From Candidatus Microgenomates bacterium (GTDB lineage Bacteria; Patescibacteriota; Microgenomatia; JACQLA01), in contig JACQLA010000005.1 in NCBI GenBank assembly GCA_016204255.1, positions 132,339-196,338 of the forward strand: a stretch of DNA of 64,000 bases. The letters are read 5' to 3'. The position numbers and the translations under genes are program-made. The notes under the pieces are model-generated. The model saw only the letters and a list, made by a program, of their open reading frames with translations. It was not told the origin of the DNA and ran no database searches. This document shows positions 61,804 to 64,000 of this stretch, piece by piece (position 1 is the first letter of the stretch; each line of letters begins with the position of its first letter).

Positions 61804-64000
61804 ATGAGTTATAGCAATCCAGACTACAAAAATGTTACAGCCTCTGTTCGAACTCCAAAAGTAGTTACTTTTATTAGCACGAGCGATAAACACTGGAAAC
61901 ATACAGTAATGAGAATTATTGAGTGGTACAGCAAAATGTGGGGCGGTGCATACAATTTAATAATCCCAACAGATGGAACAACTATAGATAAAGATTTTTG
62001 GCAAATCTTAGAAAGATACAGCCCCGATTATCTAGTTTCCTATTACTACACTTTCGCTGGGCTATCTTTGGCTGATCCCAAAGCATATGAGCGAGGGATA
62101 AAAAATAGATACTCGCAGTTAGAAAAAGCATTTCCCGATATGACTGAGGATTCAATTAAAGAGCATGTTAATCAAGAGGCGGAAATGAGTGTTTATCATA
62201 AATTTAATTTTACAGACCAGCTTCAACAAGAATTAAAACAAAGGCTATCTCCCTTCTATTTTGAAGACCATATTGTTAGAGAAAAAGTAACTTGGAATAG
62301 CAAAGTAACTTTCCCTTTAACACCAATTGAAAAGATAATTCCTCATAGCGATATAAACAATATTTTTTCTGTTAATCTTCCAAAGAAATATCAAAATTCT
62401 GATTTGAAACTTATTGTTTACTCGGTATCAGGTTTTGCAACGAATGAATATCTTAAAGAACTTGAAAAAATAGGGGTAACAATAGACTACGTGCCAAATA
62501 GTTATCCTATTAAAAGTATTTTAGAAGATGTAGTTAAAGGAGGGGTTGATTTAAGTTCACAAAAACTTGAAAGAGAGCTATCAGAGACTCTTAATAATAA
62601 AGCTAAAAAGGAGTGGATGCCTGAAACCGACTATTTAAGACAGTCTCCATTTTCAGTATCAATGCTTAAATTAGGAAGATATCACAAGGTAACGGAGCAT
62701 AGAGATTGGGAGGAGCCTGTTGTATTGGTCGTGGGAGATACGATTCAAGACTTCTGCTATTACTATTCGCTTTCTAAAGCTCATGGTGATTTTTATTGGA
62801 TGCCTAAATCTTTACTAGATAAATTCGATAGGGCTTTATCGAAAAAGATAAAAGCAAATAAATATCTTACTGAACTTGAGGCTGTTCCCTATGCGATAGT
62901 AAATGTTCTTTATAGCAAGATTGGTTATGGGTATGACGATAAAAAGATACTTCTTACGAGCCGATCTCTTTTGAATCAAGAACTAGACCGACTAAGGGAT
63001 ATACTTATAAAAGCAATTAATAGCGGAAATTTTTCTAAAAGTATCGAAGTTGCAAATGGACAAGATTTTACTAAGTGCATGTTAAATGTAATAGAACAGG
63101 ATAACTATACTAACCAGCAGACACAAACATTTGTAGATGGGCAAAGTATTGGAAGGATTGAAACACCAAAACCTAAAAACTTCAAATACATTGATCCAAG
63201 AGAACATCGCTGGATTACGGAAATAAGCATAGATGGTTATAAACTACCTCAATTACATTTTTTAGGCCATCAAGCCATACCAATTAGTAATGCTCATGAC
63301 GTAAGGATTTCGAGTGAAGGAATTTCTTACTTTTGCCCCAATATTAGCTATTTCGGTGGAGATATTGATGTTGTATTGATGAAACCAAAACTAAATTTAA
63401 TTGAGCCAATTGAGATTTTCAGGGAATACTACAAAGAAGCAGGTTATAAACAGGTTTCAATTTCTGACAAAGGTCAGCTATCACAAAGAGCAATTGCAAA
63501 ATTTGGATCGCTTGATCGAGTTGGGGTCTTCTTAATCCCTGAGAAAAACCGCAACCTCATAGAAAAGTTTATAAAAGCACCGCCAACAGCAGATGAATCT
63601 ACTGGTGAGGAAATAGTTTTTGTTAACCAGAGAAATTATCTCAATTTCAAATCAATTGCTATCACTTTAGGGGATGAGAAAGAGGCAATATCTTTAATAG
63701 ATGAGTTCATTTTAAAGGAGATATTTCACAAGGGTTTTATTTTTCACTGCGAGGCATGTCTTAAATCAGATTGGTATGGTGTTGAATCGATTACTTCAAA
63801 GTTTAAATGTAGCAGGTGCGGCCATGAACAAACTTATAGCCATAAACACTGGAAAAGTCCACAGGAACCCTCTTGGTATTACAAGTTAGACGAAGTAATC
63901 AGAGAAGGGTTCGTACAAAATATGACTGTGCCTCTACTAACTCTTTATTTTCTAAAAAGAAAGTCACCAGAAAGTTTTCTATATGTACCTGAATTAGGTT
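61804..64000 (+). CDS. large hypothetical protein, >732 aa, truncated by the window end (absent from the ORF track)
   Basis: Hand translation from the ATG at 61804 (MSYSNPDYKNVTASVRTPKVVTFISTSDKHW...) is open to 64000. Late Cys4 zinc-ribbon-like CEAC...CSRC. No other motif recognised. Confidence 0.65.
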   Translation, partial: MSYSNPDYKNVTASVRTPKVVTFISTSDKHWKHTVMRIIEWYSKMWGGAYNLIIPTDGTTIDKDFWQILERYSPDYLVSYYYTFAGLSLADPKAYERGIKNRYSQLEKAFPDMTEDSIKEHVNQEAEMSVYHKFNFTDQLQQELKQRLSPFYFEDHIVREKVTWNSKVTFPLTPIEKIIPHSDINNIFSVNLPKKYQNSDLKLIVYSVSGFATNEYLKELEKIGVTIDYVPNSYPIKSILEDVVKGGVDLSSQKLERELSETLNNKAKKEWMPETDYLRQSPFSVSMLKLGRYHKVTEHRDWEEPVVLVVGDTIQDFCYYYSLSKAHGDFYWMPKSLLDKFDRALSKKIKANKYLTELEAVPYAIVNVLYSKIGYGYDDKKILLTSRSLLNQELDRLRDILIKAINSGNFSKSIEVANGQDFTKCMLNVIEQDNYTNQQTQTFVDGQSIGRIETPKPKNFKYIDPREHRWITEISIDGYKLPQLHFLGHQAIPISNAHDVRISSEGISYFCPNISYFGGDIDVVLMKPKLNLIEPIEIFREYYKEAGYKQVSISDKGQLSQRAIAKFGSLDRVGVFLIPEKNRNLIEKFIKAPPTADESTGEEIVFVNQRNYLNFKSIAITLGDEKEAISLIDEFILKEIFHKGFIFHCEACLKSDWYGVESITSKFKCSRCGHEQTYSHKHWKSPQEPSWYYKLDEVIREGFVQNMTVPLLTLYFLKRKSPESFLYVPELG

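Larger units (their letters stand above)
51655..64000. mobile_element. AT-rich integrated-element-like island abutting the tRNA-Asn 3' end; right boundary beyond the window
   Basis: Composition drops by eye (spot counts of 60-nt lines: about 22-42% GC here versus about 45-57% upstream). Contains a large serine recombinase, an IS, an R-M module and many unknown ORFs. Confidence 0.55.

Noticed and set aside
1-64000. CRISPR arrays, rRNA genes, tandem satellite repeats
   Set aside because: I looked for regularly spaced direct repeats of 24-40 nt and for rRNA-like conserved strings and found none. The only dispersed repeats are the tRNA-flank leader elements and the IS inverted repeats.
1-64000. 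Alternative genetic code (UGA recoding, as in some CPR lineages)
   Set aside because: Conserved genes such as dnaA, dnaN, rpoD, pyk and virB4 are uninterrupted under the standard code. TGA is used as a genuine stop (for example at 27337-27339).

Overview
This 64-kb window looks like the replication-origin neighbourhood of a small, streamlined bacterial chromosome. Gene content is most compatible with a CPR/Patescibacteria-type organism; that is inference, since no database search was possible. The standard genetic code fits: ORFs are long and TGA is used as a stop.

Layout:
(1) 1-14.3 kb: housekeeping and envelope genes plus the classic origin block rpmH-rnpA-yidD-yidC-jag (minus strand), divergent from dnaA-dnaN (plus strand). 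rpmH is absent from the ORF track and was found by hand. A perfect DnaA box lies in the dnaA promoter, and a cluster of near-consensus boxes lies in the dnaA-dnaN spacer.
(2) 14.3-32.6 kb: an almost entirely minus-strand, minimal type-IV-secretion-like / pilus-like locus. It holds a VirB4 ATPase, a PrgI/VirB3-like protein, a VirB6-like polytopic protein, an SLT/VirB1-like lytic domain fused to a Gly-rich membrane protein, four tandem VirB2/TrbC-like pilin paralogues, a Cys-rich secreted protein, two very large unknown proteins and an embedded ATPase-wHTH regulator. No coupling protein, relaxase or VirB11 is visible.
(3) 32.7-51.7 kb: SpoIID-like and GT-C-like envelope genes, smpB-ssrA, isopentenyl phosphate kinase, comF, cdd, dnaG-rpoD-pyk and seven tRNAs. 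Four small GIY-YIG nuclease ORFs are interleaved here, each jammed against a tRNA or tmRNA gene. They are preceded by structured, nested-palindromic leaders that covary between copies. One copy is flanked by a 13-nt duplication of the tRNA-Asn 5' end.
(4) 51.7-64.0 kb: a visibly more AT-rich island that starts at the tRNA-Asn 3' end. It carries a large serine recombinase, unknown ORFs, an IS with 13-bp terminal inverted repeats, and a two-methyltransferase plus tandem-domain-nuclease R-M module. A LexA-type repressor is co-oriented with one methyltransferase. A >730-aa ORF of unknown function runs off the window end and is missing from the ORF track.

No CRISPR array, rRNA or reverse transcriptase was seen.
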